Position numbers and translations under genes: made by a program. A stretch of 64,000 nt of DNA from Porphyridium purpureum (Eukaryota): NCBI GenBank assembly GCA_008690995.1, contig VRMN01000012.1, positions 186,001-250,000 on the forward strand, read 5' to 3'. Every line of letters begins with the position of its first letter. The stretch's first letter is position 1. The notes below the pieces were generated by a model. That model was not told the DNA's origin. It made no database searches and was given only the letters and a program-made list of their open reading frames with translations. This document shows, piece after piece, positions 1 through 12,138 of this stretch.

Positions 1-3000
1 CAAGAAAAATCCAGAATACATCGAGCTCGAAAAGTAAGGGATAAAAGAATTTTCCACAGAATATGTGGGCGTGGAGCCACGGCACGGTCTGTACATGAAA
101 CTGTCTGTGTGTGGTCGCAATTGGCAGAAATTCGAGAACTTTGCGGGGTATCTCTGGAACTTGCCAGCTTCATGTTATGCATCGGCGCGCAGTCAGATGA
201 TGGGGTGGCGCTCACCGTCCCTGAATGAGTAGAGGATGCCACCCATGGCGATTGCGAAAGGAGGGTATTCTTGTAGGATGGACCACCTCTACAAGCCGCT
301 CCAACAAGATTCGCAGATCGAAAGAGTGACAGAGCCCTCACATCAAGTACGCATTCATCCTTCATGAGCGAACTCAGCTCGGACATGGCGATGTAAACGG
401 GCGCCTCTGATTGAGAGGCGCCTCACCGCTCTCCGCTGACCTCAGTTTTCCCCGCCAGACCTTGTTATGCGTCCCTGACGCTGGCATTGGTGTTGCGAAA
501 CTAAAATGTCCGCTACGATGCATGTGAGACGCCGAAAACGAATGGCGGGAGTTGCAAGGGAGAATGCCTTGATCAGCGAGGCCATAAATCCAGCACTGGG
601 CTGCAGAACGCACGATTTCTGCGCAGGGTACTCCTTGTTGTACGTTCGAGCCTCCCGTGTAGTCGCGCCCTCGATCTTCTGCCGCTTTCTGCCTAAATTT
701 ATTTCATCCCGAACGACATGATACTGTCCGATGCTATGGTGCATCTCTATTTGCAGACCGCGCCCTCCGTGCAGTGGCTCTCCCTATTTCTTGCTGCCGA
801 AGCGATTCTTGTCCTGTTTGGTGTTGCTTCGGTCGACAAGCTGCGCTTGCTGGATCAGTTTGTGTGAGATCCTCTCCTGGGGCATATGGCGGCCTCAATG
901 CTCCAGTGAAGATCCGGAAGGACGATGGAGATGCGAATGTTGGTGCTCGTGCCATGCAGTGTGATTCTTGCTTTGCTACTCATGCGCACACGCACGACGC
1001 TCTAGGCTTGCTTCCGACTTGACGTGGCCCTGTCATTTTGGCAAGAAAGCGTGCATGTGGAGATTCTCCTCTGGAAACAATCCGAGTATGTATGGCCCTG
1101 TTAGGGCATTCTGATAGTGTTGCTGAGACGACAGACATCGGAATCTGACTTTGACACTTGCACTCAGAACAGTTTCGCACGGCGGTCATGGCTGCGCATG
1201 CGCTGGTTGGTAAGAAGTTCTCATGACGGCGCGGAGAAGGTTTCATTGCGGAACAGGTCTCCTGCTTTCGGGGCGTGTCTGAGCGATAATCTCGAGCCAC
1301 ATCTGAGTGTCTCGCCGGACATCACGCGAACTAAATCGGGTAGTACACACGCCACCCAAGCGGTACCGCGCCAACGGCACCGAAAGGCCGGATGGAAGAG
1401 TGCAAAACTCTCGAAGATCGCTGAGCGCCACTGTCATACAAGCGCAGTTCTAGGCTGCAGAGAAGCAGGTCGCGGTCTTGTCCATCCAGAAAACCAAAAC
1501 GATAAAGAGTGCTGCAGTGGGTCCACGCTGTCAAATTTGGACTCTCACAGCAATCCCTCCATGATGCATCAAGAGACATGGGATTCTCCAGCTCATGTAT
1601 CAGGCCAGTTGCTGTAGGTGTCACAACGACTTCAGCTTCTGTGTACGCTGCGATCTTTCATTCCTGTAGACACCGCGCGCCACATGTTATCCGAAATCTA
1701 ATCCCATCAAGGAAGCGATTTTTTAAGTTTTCTTTCGCCGTTCCCGACAATTGTGATCGCTACACTGTGCAGAGGCCAATGGTCGTCAATTTGTTCCCTC
1801 ATACATTCGGCCTCTAGTGCTCAGCTTTGATGATACAATCTCGTCATAACTCTCACAGCTGTGTCCATCAGAATTTGGGAACGCTATGTAGTCCTCCTGA
1901 CCATGAGCTTCTGACTCCATCAGAAATTTCTACTTTGGCACTGAAATACTCAGAGAACTAACTTTTGTCCTTCTGCGAGCCCTTTCATGTGGCCGTGCGC
2001 ATCGGGTTTCTCAATGCCTGGCAAATTGCAAAGCCAAAACAGTCTGCGGCTGCCGCAGTCTTTTCCAAGCATAAAAAGACGCTCACGTGCGAGAGTAGCT
2101 GAAAAGCATGACCACTGATTCAGCCCGTGTCCTTTTTGGTGACTCGCATGTTGTCGCTGATCACCAGGTAGAAACTTTGACGGCTCGTGACCTTCCGAAA
2201 CAAAATGACCAAGCTCCTGCCGAAAAAATGTGGCTCTCGCAATTCTTTGGTCCAACCAGCCTTTACTTGCAAAATCTTCCTCAAGTAAAATAGGTCCTTT
2301 GCCGAATAGATCCCTTCCGTTCCGTGCGACTCCGACTGCTTCCGACTCTCAGAAGCCTACGGTTGTCGCCTGCTGGACGCTTTAAAGATCTGAACCATAT
2401 AAACATTCCTGGAGGAACATCAGCGGGTTGCCTGGTGGCTAGAAAAGTCGCATTCCACTTCTCACAATCTCCGCAGGTTGCGGACTGACTATAGTTCACC
2501 ACTATCTCTCGGCCAAGTTGCACGCCCTATTGGTCAGCTCTGGCTGGCATTAAGCCACATACAGTCATGGGAAGAATGTGCGCAGATCATGAAAGAATGA
2601 GTTTCGCGCAAAGTCAAGGGTGACATGCGACAAATTGGAAGCTCAGACACTATGCATTTGTTCCTCGTAACATGTCTGTTTTGTCCTGAGGACGGTAAAG
2701 TCGGTAGAGTGTGGTAATCTGGGATATTAGACGATGCACCCACATTTCTCGATGCACAATTAACTTCCCGGGCCGAGGTGACGCGATGCGTTGGAAAGTC
2801 GGCTGCAATTGTCATCGATATGCCAGGCGGCGCGCGTCGTTGTTAAAGCCGATCTCCTCGCAAACGCTTTATCCCACCGCAGCCTCGATATCTTCGCTCG
2901 CAAGGGATTGACACATTATAATGGGTAAAGAATAGCGCGCTACATTATTGTGAAAGATCGGGCCTTTTAACATGAGATTTGTTGAAACTTCCGCAAGGAG

Positions 3001-3667
3001 TTGCAGCTCAAGACGAGGGTGTACTGGTGTTGCAGCCCGAAAAAAATGGTTAGACCACTCTTGGCACGTCTTGAAAACGAAGGGACGCGACACAAACAAG
3101 CAGGCTTGAGAACGAGATGGCTTCCATTCAACGTGCCGCTATCGGTCGCGGGGAATGCACGAATTCGAGAATAGTGTGCCTTTTTAAGGCTACTGGCAAA
3201 GATTACGAACGGTCATGATGGTAACGAAAGCGTGCGAGTTTCGAGCACGACCAGACAGACTGGCAGCCGACTTGGAGCTTGAAGGAAGACGTAGCATTGA
3301 AAGTGCCGCATCTTCGTGGTTATAAAAGCACGGCTCGTTGGCCAGCAGGATGAAGAACCAGAGAAAATTATGAGAAGAGCAGAGCAGAAAAAAGTAAAAA
3401 GGACTTCAGTAGAAAGCAAAACTACTCATTTCGATTAGTAGTGACGCAGTGGGTGACCCAATTCGTTCGGTGCACTCATACAAAAAGGGGAAAAAATTCG
3501 GAATCTACAACAAGATTATCCTCGTCTTGATATAACGTTTGCGAAAGCAGTAGCGGTACACTTTGCAATGAACGAGTCTCTAGGTAGTGCACAGTGTCAT
3601 GCGAGTATAAAGGTCGATGCATGCACGAGGATGTGGAGGTGAAGTATGTGCCGATTTTGCACGAATT

Positions 3668-6104
3668 CTAAGCGAGGCCACCGACTCTAGAAACACAAAC
3701 GCTTTGGAACAATTTACTCTTAGAAACGCACTGCGGCATTCCATTACTGCGCTGCTTTATTATTGGCATATTTGAACTCCTCGTGGAACAGCTTTCAAAG
3801 CACTGTAGAATCGGCCCTTGGGAGTACAATTGAGTCTGGGTTGACCATCGTTTCGAAGAGCATGTGCAGATCCTCGTGGTCCTCGCGATCGACGAATCCA
3901 TTTTGTCTCATCACCATCTCTAAATTGAGACACAATATAGTTTCGAATTGCTGCCTTGAAGTGCTTCCGACGAATTTCAGAGCGATCATTCCAAACCTGA
4001 CACAAACCGCTTTTTCGGTGTCACGCCGCAGGCCACACGCGTGCTGACGTTTCTCGATATGGTGTGTCGCACCCCGCGGCATGCACGCCAGCTCGTGTCT
4101 CTGTGAAGCACCACCGAGGCTGGTCGAAAACGTCGATGGATCCCCAGCACGCGCGACGTCATCGTTTCCAGGACTCCGACTTGTCGCGTGTCTTCTCCGA
4201 CACACCCTCGAGTAACACGAAAGAACTGCTGACTGTGTTGAATCCTACGACTGCCGTACCCGCCGTACACCAAAGAAAACGCCCGTCGGCGAGAAACACA
4301 ACAGTATCTCGCGAACTGTGAATGTAGGCGTCGCGGTACTCGGCACGTCGTGCACTGTGTGACAGAGAGTATTGATACGTGAATTCGGCATGATGATGCG
4401 CGGCGTTGCTTGCCAGGGGAGCTCGCCTGATGGATTGAACAGCTCGAGCTTTATCGCACGCAACGCCGAAGTAGCCTGCACGAAATACTCGAAGATGGGG
4501 CCGAGCGCTCCATCATCTGGCAGCAGCGTGTCATCGTATCCATTCGCGAGGTAATCCTCGACTATGAACGCGGTCGTGATCACGTGCTTCCAGAATGCCT
4601 GCAATGCAATTTTGAACCTCGGAATCGTAGCGACTCGCATGTTCTCGGCAAGCTCGGCAACTTCGGTTCGCAAAACGCGGCAAACACCTGACCCAAGCAC
4701 CAGCGACGCTCAACAAAGGCGCTCGGTGGCATGTCGCACGCAGTACGTCTCGTGAACCTTCTCCCGAAATTGTGACCAGATACTAACGAGGTACCGAAAC
4801 TGACGAACAGGGCGGTCTTGATTGCCCGATTATTCTGAAAGCTGCGGCAAACAACTTTATCGATGCTCTCGTCGTTCCTCGCGCCGTCATCAACGATCCA
4901 AACACTTCTGAACTTGCTCAGATCCTGCTTGAAATCGCTGATATGCAGGTCTTTCGGAATAGTACTAGAAAGGATGCATAGCAGATGTCCCGCGTCTCTT
5001 TCATGGCTGTACGTGTACACCGCTTGTTCTTGCGCGTTCTCCAGCATGTGCCGCGACGGCAACCGATACAATTTGAGCAGATACTCGTTCAATATGGGCA
5101 ACCCGTACTCAAGCGCTTCTGACCGAGTAATGCGTTGTAAGTCGCGTGCACAATCACGGACGGACAATGTGTCAAATGGTCATCCTTTGCTGGCACCCCC
5201 GTGCTGAAAGAAAGCTCTACCGGCCTGGTCCCGTGCATGATCCGGAAGACACGCGCTGTACATGGCTTCGATGAGAGCCGATCAAGCACTCCGAGTCCTT
5301 GTAAGCCATTTCTCACAGATCGACTCGTAGTGCCCAATCTCACTGACCCACTTGCGAATGGAATCCACGCCCCTCTCTTCGTGAGCCGCAAAAAAGTGTT
5401 CGACGTGTCTGATGCTTTCGCGCGCACGAGGTCCCGCAGCGATGATGATCGACCGACTTGTGGAACTATTCCGCGGGTTTGCCTTTAAGCATGCGCGGCT
5501 CGGAAGATCGCGGTTGCGCTTCAGCCGCACCTTTAAAATCCCTCTACAAAGTCAGACCATCTACCAATAGTCACCAGAGCGTGCGAATCTACACGCGATA
5601 TGGAGCGGTCGCCCCATACTCCGGTGATCTATTCTTGGACTTGCATTCGTGTCCGCGGCTCATGTGTCCGCACGAAACTTTCCGATCAGCTCTGCACCCG
5701 CACGTTGCTGCTACACCCTCCCCGGATAAATCATTCTTCTTGCGCCTGGGAACAGTGCTGGCTGTCGTTCGGAGCTCCAGCAATGTCGCGTGCGAGGCTG
5801 CATCAATATTGAGGTTTTCAGGAAGACCAAAGTCGATCCTGCTACCTCCGCGTTCCATGTGGAAGCTGCCAAATACCTTGGTAATGGCCAAGTCTTTGTC
5901 TCATGGAGTTGCATGCAGTTCGGGCAGGTCGTCCCACAGGTAGTCATGCATCGCATGTGCAAATATTCGATTGTGCGCCTCCACTGTGTAGCCCCACAGC
6001 GCAGCGCCCCATTCGAAGATATCGCCCACACCGGTGTCGAAGCGTGCTGTGATTGAATCCGGGGATTGCGTACCATCTGGGCTTGTCGCGTTTTTGAGAC
6101 GCAT
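3668..6104 (-). pseudogene. Fragmented protein-coding remnant, family unrecognised
   Basis: Consecutive minus-strand ORFs with globular-protein-like composition. 5901-6104 and 5589-5891 share a frame separated by one TGA. 5282-5530 and 4580-5167 share a frame separated by stops. It continues in 4245-4700 and 3760-4205 after frameshifts. Confidence 0.4.
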
Positions 6105-6143
6105 ACAGTCTGTGTCCTTGATTTCAGGGTTTTGCAGGTTTTA

Positions 6144-6239
6144 AGGTGAAATTGTACATTTGTACGGCAGAATAAACAGTTTTAAGGCGGAAATATACCA
6201 TAATACGGTGCCACAACTTATACATGTACATTTTCACCT
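6144..6239. repeat. 16-bp imperfect inverted repeat in an AT-rich, TGTAC-rich patch
   Basis: AGGTGAAATTGTACAT (6144-6159) matches the reverse complement of ATGTACATTTTCACCT (6224-6239) at 15/16 positions. Confidence 0.6.
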
Positions 6240-6968
6240 CATAAGTGTACATTGTAATCGTACAGCATGTTACCGCTACCAGTTTAACTGCTTTAACCGA
6301 TACGCTTATCGGGGTAGAGAAATGAACCGCTAAGTGAAGAGGAAAAGTTTGATCACGGGGCGATCACAACCTGCTCCAGCACTCGTGGTGTTCCAGAAGC
6401 AAGACCACTCCAACACAACAGCTCAAACTACCAACTTCCACCCCACACTGACGTGAATACGTGCCCTCTGTGACCTCGACATGCATGAGCTAAACCGTAC
6501 GACCCGAGACGCACTCACTCAACTGCACAGGAGACATAGAAAGACACCGATGATTCTCACAAAGAACTACCTTTACTGTTCTTTCCCACGATGAAACAAT
6601 CCTACCTTCTTTTGGGATCCAGAACGATTTGGCTATTGCACAAAGGTTGCCACCCTTTTATACCCTGCAGTCGTTGCTGCTCATTGACGCCGCTTGTCAC
6701 GAGGATCGTTTCTTGCGATTACGTTTTGCCAGTCGCCGTTCATCATTGTTAGCGCCCAGTGTCACGGAACGGTGCGGCATCGCCAGGCTTTTTACATTCG
6801 CCCATCGGCAGCAGCCTCTGCCATTTGCGATGCAGACGAGTCCTCACTCACTTTTCGCTTCTTCAATACAGTGCGCTGTACTTCCCCTTCGTTCAGTCGC
6901 TTATGTACCGCTGTACCTACCGCCCGTAACAAGCATATATGCGAACCGATATAAGGTGTTTGTACACA

Positions 6969-8225
6969 CAGTCCTGGCCAAGATGTTTGCAACACCCTCA
7001 TAAAAAGTGAAATTCGTGTAAAAGCGAAGAATTTTGATAGACAAGGGTGTGTTTTGAGCACGCCAATCGATCGCGCGTCCCAAGAAACACTAGGAATCGT
7101 CCAACCGGGAGGGAAAGGCAAGGAAAGAGCGGGTGGGCAATGGAGACGGCAAAAAGGAGGGATTCGGCGAGGGGCGCAAGTTTTGGAACGTAACAAAGAA
7201 ACACGAAGATCAAGAAGGATGAGACTTTAGTACTTGGTGTGGTGGCCGCGCGCGTCTAGTACAGCTTGAAGACGGCGAGGCATGGACTCCAAGAGTGGAA
7301 CTACGTACTTTTGGGCATCGGTCGCCCACGCTGCAAGGACGGCAGCCTTAAGTTCTGCGACGCGTGCGAACTGGCGGCCTTTTCGGTAAACCACGCGCGA
7401 CAAGACACCCCAAATGTTTTCAATTGGGTTAAGGTCCGGAGACCTTGCAGGCCACGGCAGCACAGTGACGCCGAGTGCGTCGAGCCACGCCTCCGTCGAG
7501 TTGGCCGTATGTGCCGGGGCATTGTCTTGCTGGAAAGTGAAATTGAAGTCATGCATTTCCAGGCCGAACGGAAGCAAGGCTTCCAGCAAGACTTGTTGAT
7601 ACTTCACGGCATTCAAGCCACCCTCGACGAAGACGGCCATTGTTAGGCCGCGCAGGGACATACCGGCCCACATGTGAACCTTGCCACCTCCAGAGTGCTG
7701 GCGCCTGGCGTACGAACTTGACTTGGCGCGACAGTCGACCCATCGCTGCGAGGAGCCGAATGGGCCATCGCAGCTCCAAATCTTCTCGTCTGAAAAGACC
7801 ACTTGATGCCAGAAAGCCATTGGTTTCGCAATGAATGCGGTGGCAAACGCCAATCGCTTCCTGATGTTGTCAGACGACAGCAAAGGTTTCCGCGAGACTC
7901 GCTTGTAGCGAAGAAAGCCTGCTGCTTGAAGCGTCCGACGCACTGGCCTGGCCGAGCACTGCAAGTGCAGCTTGTGAACCACCTGTCCGGACGTCAGTGC
8001 ATCAACAGATACGGCGTGAATGATGCGGCGTTCCGAATTGCTACTCCGAAGCCATTTCAACCGTGGCTTTTTCCGGACGATCCGGTGCCCCGTTGACGCC
8101 AGATAACGACTCACAGTTGCATAGGATGGCCGCGAGCGATCTGGGCGCGTCATGAAGCCTTCGCAATTGCTCGTGCCGACAGCTGGTCTGCAAGGCGTGT
8201 TAGACCGTTTTTTTTCCTTAATCAT
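6969..8225 (-). mobile_element. Tc1/mariner (Tc3-like) DNA transposon, probably 5'-truncated and inactive
   Basis: Tc1-style terminus CAGTCCTGGCCAAGATGTTTGCAACAC at 6969-6995, ~230 bp beyond the transposase stop. No partner TIR was found on the other side. Confidence 0.8.
7227..8225 (-). CDS. Tc3-like DD34E transposase
   Basis: Motifs VVFSDEK, GGGKVHMWAG, FQQDNAPAH and WPARSPDLNPIENIW, with 34 residues between the second D and E. HTH-like text (RLADQLSARAIAK) lies in another frame near 8150-8195, so the N-terminus is probably frameshifted. Confidence 0.92.
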   Translation of the reverse strand: MIKEKKRSNTPCRPAVGTSNCEGFMTRPDRSRPSYATVSRYLASTGHRIVRKKPRLKWLRSSNSERRIIHAVSVDALTSGQVVHKLHLQCSARPVRRTLQAAGFLRYKRVSRKPLLSSDNIRKRLAFATAFIAKPMAFWHQVVFSDEKIWSCDGPFGSSQRWVDCRAKSSSYARRQHSGGGKVHMWAGMSLRGLTMAVFVEGGLNAVKYQQVLLEALLPFGLEMHDFNFTFQQDNAPAHTANSTEAWLDALGVTVLPWPARSPDLNPIENIWGVLSRVVYRKGRQFARVAELKAAVLAAWATDAQKYVVPLLESMPRRLQAVLDARGHHTKY

Positions 8226-8530
8226 GTGGTATCAATTTGATGCCTAATTGCAATGGGCATTGTACAGTAGGTGACACGTGGATTGTCAGCGATACCCGTG
8301 GTGGGTAGCTGGCACACAGAATGATCTGTTTGCTGAATCGCGACTAAATCTTGCTGTCGGCCCAAGGCGCGAACATCCTGAGCGTTCAGATTACGCTGCA
8401 TAGCGCCTTCTCTAGGCGTGCAAACGATGCTCATTTGCAAAGGCTGCGAAGCGAGTCAAAGATTCAGCTGAAGCATCCTCCAGACCCGCCCAGCAGATTT
8501 TCAACCCGTCGGGGCCGTCCAAATTCAACT

Positions 8531-8991
8531 TTATGTCGTCTGTACACACGACATCTCGCCGTTCCTCGCGTTTTCAGTGGTGATCAAGCACAAATTCGAC
8601 ACGTGCCTGCCCATGGCGATCCTGCAAATGCGGCGTTTCTTGTACTTCTTCCGTGTCTGCTTATTTCTAATGACACGTCGGACCGTTTGGACTGAGACTG
8701 GCTTGGCAATGGCCGACAAAGATGCCTGCGTGCACCTGGCTTGCAGTAGAAAATGGGCTTTGATTTCAGGACATTTTCAATCTTTCGGTGCAGGTAAGAT
8801 GTCTATTTTCCAGCTTTCTGATTGGGTCTCCGTTCGCCGTACTGTTCTGGGCATTTTAGGTAGTTCCTTACTACCGTTTCTGAGCAACATCCTCCCAGTT
8901 GGTCCGCAATCATGTGCAATGAGTGACCTTCAGCCATCAAAGCAGCAATCACGCCCTTCTGTCGCTCGCTGAGGCTTGGCGCCTTGCCCGT
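8531..8991 (-). pseudogene. Decayed N-terminal half of a second Tc3-like transposase
   Basis: Manual translation: (T)GKAPSLSERQKGVIAALMAEGHSLHMIADQLGGCCSETVVRNYLKCPEQYGERR..*..PFSTASQV..KPVSVQTVRRVIRNK. This is a paired HTH pattern with ACG in place of ATG, an internal stop and frameshifts. Confidence 0.7.
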
Positions 8992-11830
8992 GATAATCTC
9001 TGAGCAGGAGGTCCAATGTATGTATTGGAAAGCCTAGAACGTGTATTTGAATGCCGTGTTTTGAATTGTTTGGACGCTTGCAACGGCCACCACAAGGCCG
9101 ACGTTCTCTTCTTTTGCTTTAATACTATCCTTTTCAATGGAAATCGTGAAAAATTGAGGGTTTTTTTTAATTGCTTGTCATTTGGTGTATCTACAAGGTG
9201 CAATGTCAGACTCTCAGTCTAACCGAGGTGTCCGAGCTAGCGTCAGGTGTTGAGCAGTTTATGAGCTCCGCCGCTTCTTGGCAGGGCGGAGAGAGAAGAG
9301 CAAGAGAGAGCGCGTTTGGGTTTGAGAGTTCCGGGGTTTGTTTTTGGGGTTTGGGGCCTGGGGAAAGCCCAGGACTGAGGCAGAGAGGTTCGGAGGACCC
9401 ACACCTTGCAGGGGTCGATCTCCCCTTGTTCGTCGTCTGAAAGCCATGATGTCATAGCCGGGCCGTTGCGTGTTCAAATTCGTTTAGGAGACTCTCCAGT
9501 TGCGCACAGACAGATGGACAAGGAAGTCAAGATCGTTTCAAGAAGTCATTGTCAGAAGACGGAAAGGTGCTCACCGCGTATGGCTCATCAGCTGTCATGG
9601 GGCTGACTTTACGGACCCACGTGAATGGAATCTTCTTCGTCGTCGATGTCGACATAACTCGCATAACTTTCTGGAATTCACAACGCTGTTGGTGCCGAAA
9701 AAACTTTCGTTATCTGCTTCGACGCATTTCTTATCAACATGAGAATTTGAGGATACGTATTTCCAGAATTTTCCCTTGGGCGAATTTCATAGTTACGTTA
9801 TGTTTTGTTTGCTTGAAGTAGCGCTGTTGGGCAGCCACTAGGCATTCGTGATTTCGTAGCCTGTTGTGCACAGTCTTTGGCCTCTTTCAGCAGGAGTCCA
9901 AATCATAAATTCAATTATTCCGCAAGAGCGCTTGGATGTGAGTCACAATTGCTACATCTGCCATTTTTTCCACCCACCCACTCACACGTATCCACGCGCG
10001 CGCATACGCACACAGACTCGCACACGCACTCACGCACAATGCGTGAGACTGTGGATTCCATGCCCTTGACTCCTATACTTCGCGCAGAGAAACACGATCA
10101 GCTTTCGGGCTTTATGGCGGTCTGTGTGTCGGAAAGTATGGAGGATCGTAGCGTGAGAAGATTGAGTCTCGAATGCCACGAAGCCCTGAAGAGAGGGAAG
10201 GCGTACGCTCGACAAACGAGAAAAGGGTGTAAATGAAAGAAAAATGTACCGGCTACAGGCGTCTGGAGTTCTTGAAGGTTCTGATTGCATTCCCACTGCT
10301 TTGTGCGACGCCCGCAGCCACTGAATTCCTTTGCCAGTTACGGACATCCGCCCGGGGTCGAATATCTACGAGACCCGGTATACCAGTTACCTCTCCTCGC
10401 ACTTCGATACTTTTTCAATTCTCTTCCAAAGCGCGCCCCACGGCAGCGGGAATTATACACCGTCGCAAAGTCGCAGATCTAACTAAGTGGTGGGTTTGGA
10501 TGAGGATTTGTAGGGCGGACTGTCCCAGGGAATTCAGCAGGTCCGAATGTACAATGCATCGGGTGTATAGCATAGCACCACTTTAAAGTAAAAAAAGCTG
10601 TCCAATTTGGCTGTGTTTTACATATGGAGGATGCGTCTCGGGCTTTACTTTAGCTTCGGAGTGGAATCAAACCTGTGAATTTTCAGAGAAGACATTGTGG
10701 TCTTCAAACTTGTCAAATAAACCAAATATCATGCCGTGATATGGTCCGCAATGGTCCACTCACTTCCCTTCTCCGCCAGCCTCGCCGCACAGAGAATTTA
10801 TACCCCAATCCCACCGGCGCCATCGGCGCTCTTTATTTACTCTTACTAGATCGCCGCGACGGCGGTCTTATATATCCTACTACACCTTACGCTAACTATT
10901 CGACTGCTTAACAATTTAAGGATATCTGTGGCCCGGTTAGATGCAGAGTTGTCCGAGTAGTGCAGGGTGCAGTGGAGTACGGTGCGTGGAGAGGTACAGC
11001 GGAGGGAGTGGATTGCGACAAATGGTTTAGCCCTTTGAAAGAAATTATGCCACTTTCAGGCCCTTTGTTGTATTCTCTAAGCATCAGTGAATGAAGTGGA
11101 GGTGAAGCAAAAGTCTTGGCTATGACTGCCTCAGTCATTTTCGTGCAGTCAAATGTTTTGATATTAGTTTAAATACACTCGCTTTTTTTCCCTCTTTCAT
11201 GGTCGAATCATTAAAGTTGCATATCAAGTGCCGCCACTTCATTATTCTCGTTGATGCAAGGAAATTTACATTCAGTGGACCGCTTGACGACAAGCGCGAA
11301 AGTGGAATCAATTCTATTTTTTCAAGGACCTCGGGATGGCGCTTTCATATCAGCTGGCAGGTCTTGTGTATGTTCCGAGAGACAGCTCCTTCCTGCCATG
11401 TGCGACCACAATGTTTCACGAGAGATCTGAGACTGCTCGAAATATTGTAATTTTAATCTTGCGAGAGGTATTCCGCAGCATTTGCATTCGAGCCAGCCTT
11501 AAGGCCACAGAATTTACTCTCAGACGCGAAAAGCTTTTTCAACTTCTCAGTTGGGACACTTGTACCAAAGTTCCGACTCAGAAGCTCTGCCGCGATCACA
11601 AGAGCTTCGCCCAAGTTGCGTGCAATCGCGTGCACAATGTTCGTTCTCAGGCGTGCACGCGGTGCGCCTGTTGGCGTCGGCGAGCCACGCATCTCCACTC
11701 TGAAGCCTCATAGCATCTAGGCTCGATTTATTTAAGCGCGGTCGCGAGAGCTCGAACACTCCCGCGGACGCTCCCCAGGTCAAGGAGCTTCCGTTTTGTG
11801 CAGTTTCGTTTCCCTGGGCGGTCTCCTCTC

Positions 11831-12138
11831 TGTTATCCGTTCGACCCCAGTCACCTAGAACGGTTCGGTTAATCCGAAACCGGTAAGCCGTTAAACCGGT
11901 AGACCGTTTAACCGTTTCTAGAAGCTTCTAGAGGTTCCGGAAACTTCTAGACGTGCGCAGAAATGCCAATGATTTGCATTGTCATTTCTCTTGGCGCCTT
12001 GCTGTCCCTGGCGGAAGTAAGGGTATAAAAAGGCGACGCGCCTGCCCGGACTAGCCGGTCAGGTCTTGCTCGGAGAGAGAAGAGGTAAGGAAAAGAAAGA
12101 AGACGCAGAGAGAGAATAAAGGCACAGCGTTGGTAACA
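11831..12138 (+). mobile_element. Solo LTR of an LTR retrotransposon (308 bp)
   Basis: Termini TGTTA...TAACA. Perfect 5-bp TSD CTCTC at 11826-11830 and 12139-12143. TATAAAA at 12024-12030 and AATAAA at 12115-12120. Confidence 0.9.

Noticed and set aside
1..3600. Short ORFs as genes
   Set aside because: No recognisable motifs or consistent coding strand.
6969..7226. Fanzor/TnpB cargo in the Tc1 element
   Set aside because: Only ~230 bp lie between the transposase stop and the TIR, and I saw no RuvC or zinc-finger motifs in nearby ORFs.
9248..9477. Second solo LTR (TGTTGAG...GTGTTCA) with LTR-like composition
   Set aside because: No matching TSD and poor terminal inverted match. It may be an LTR fragment, but I cannot support it.
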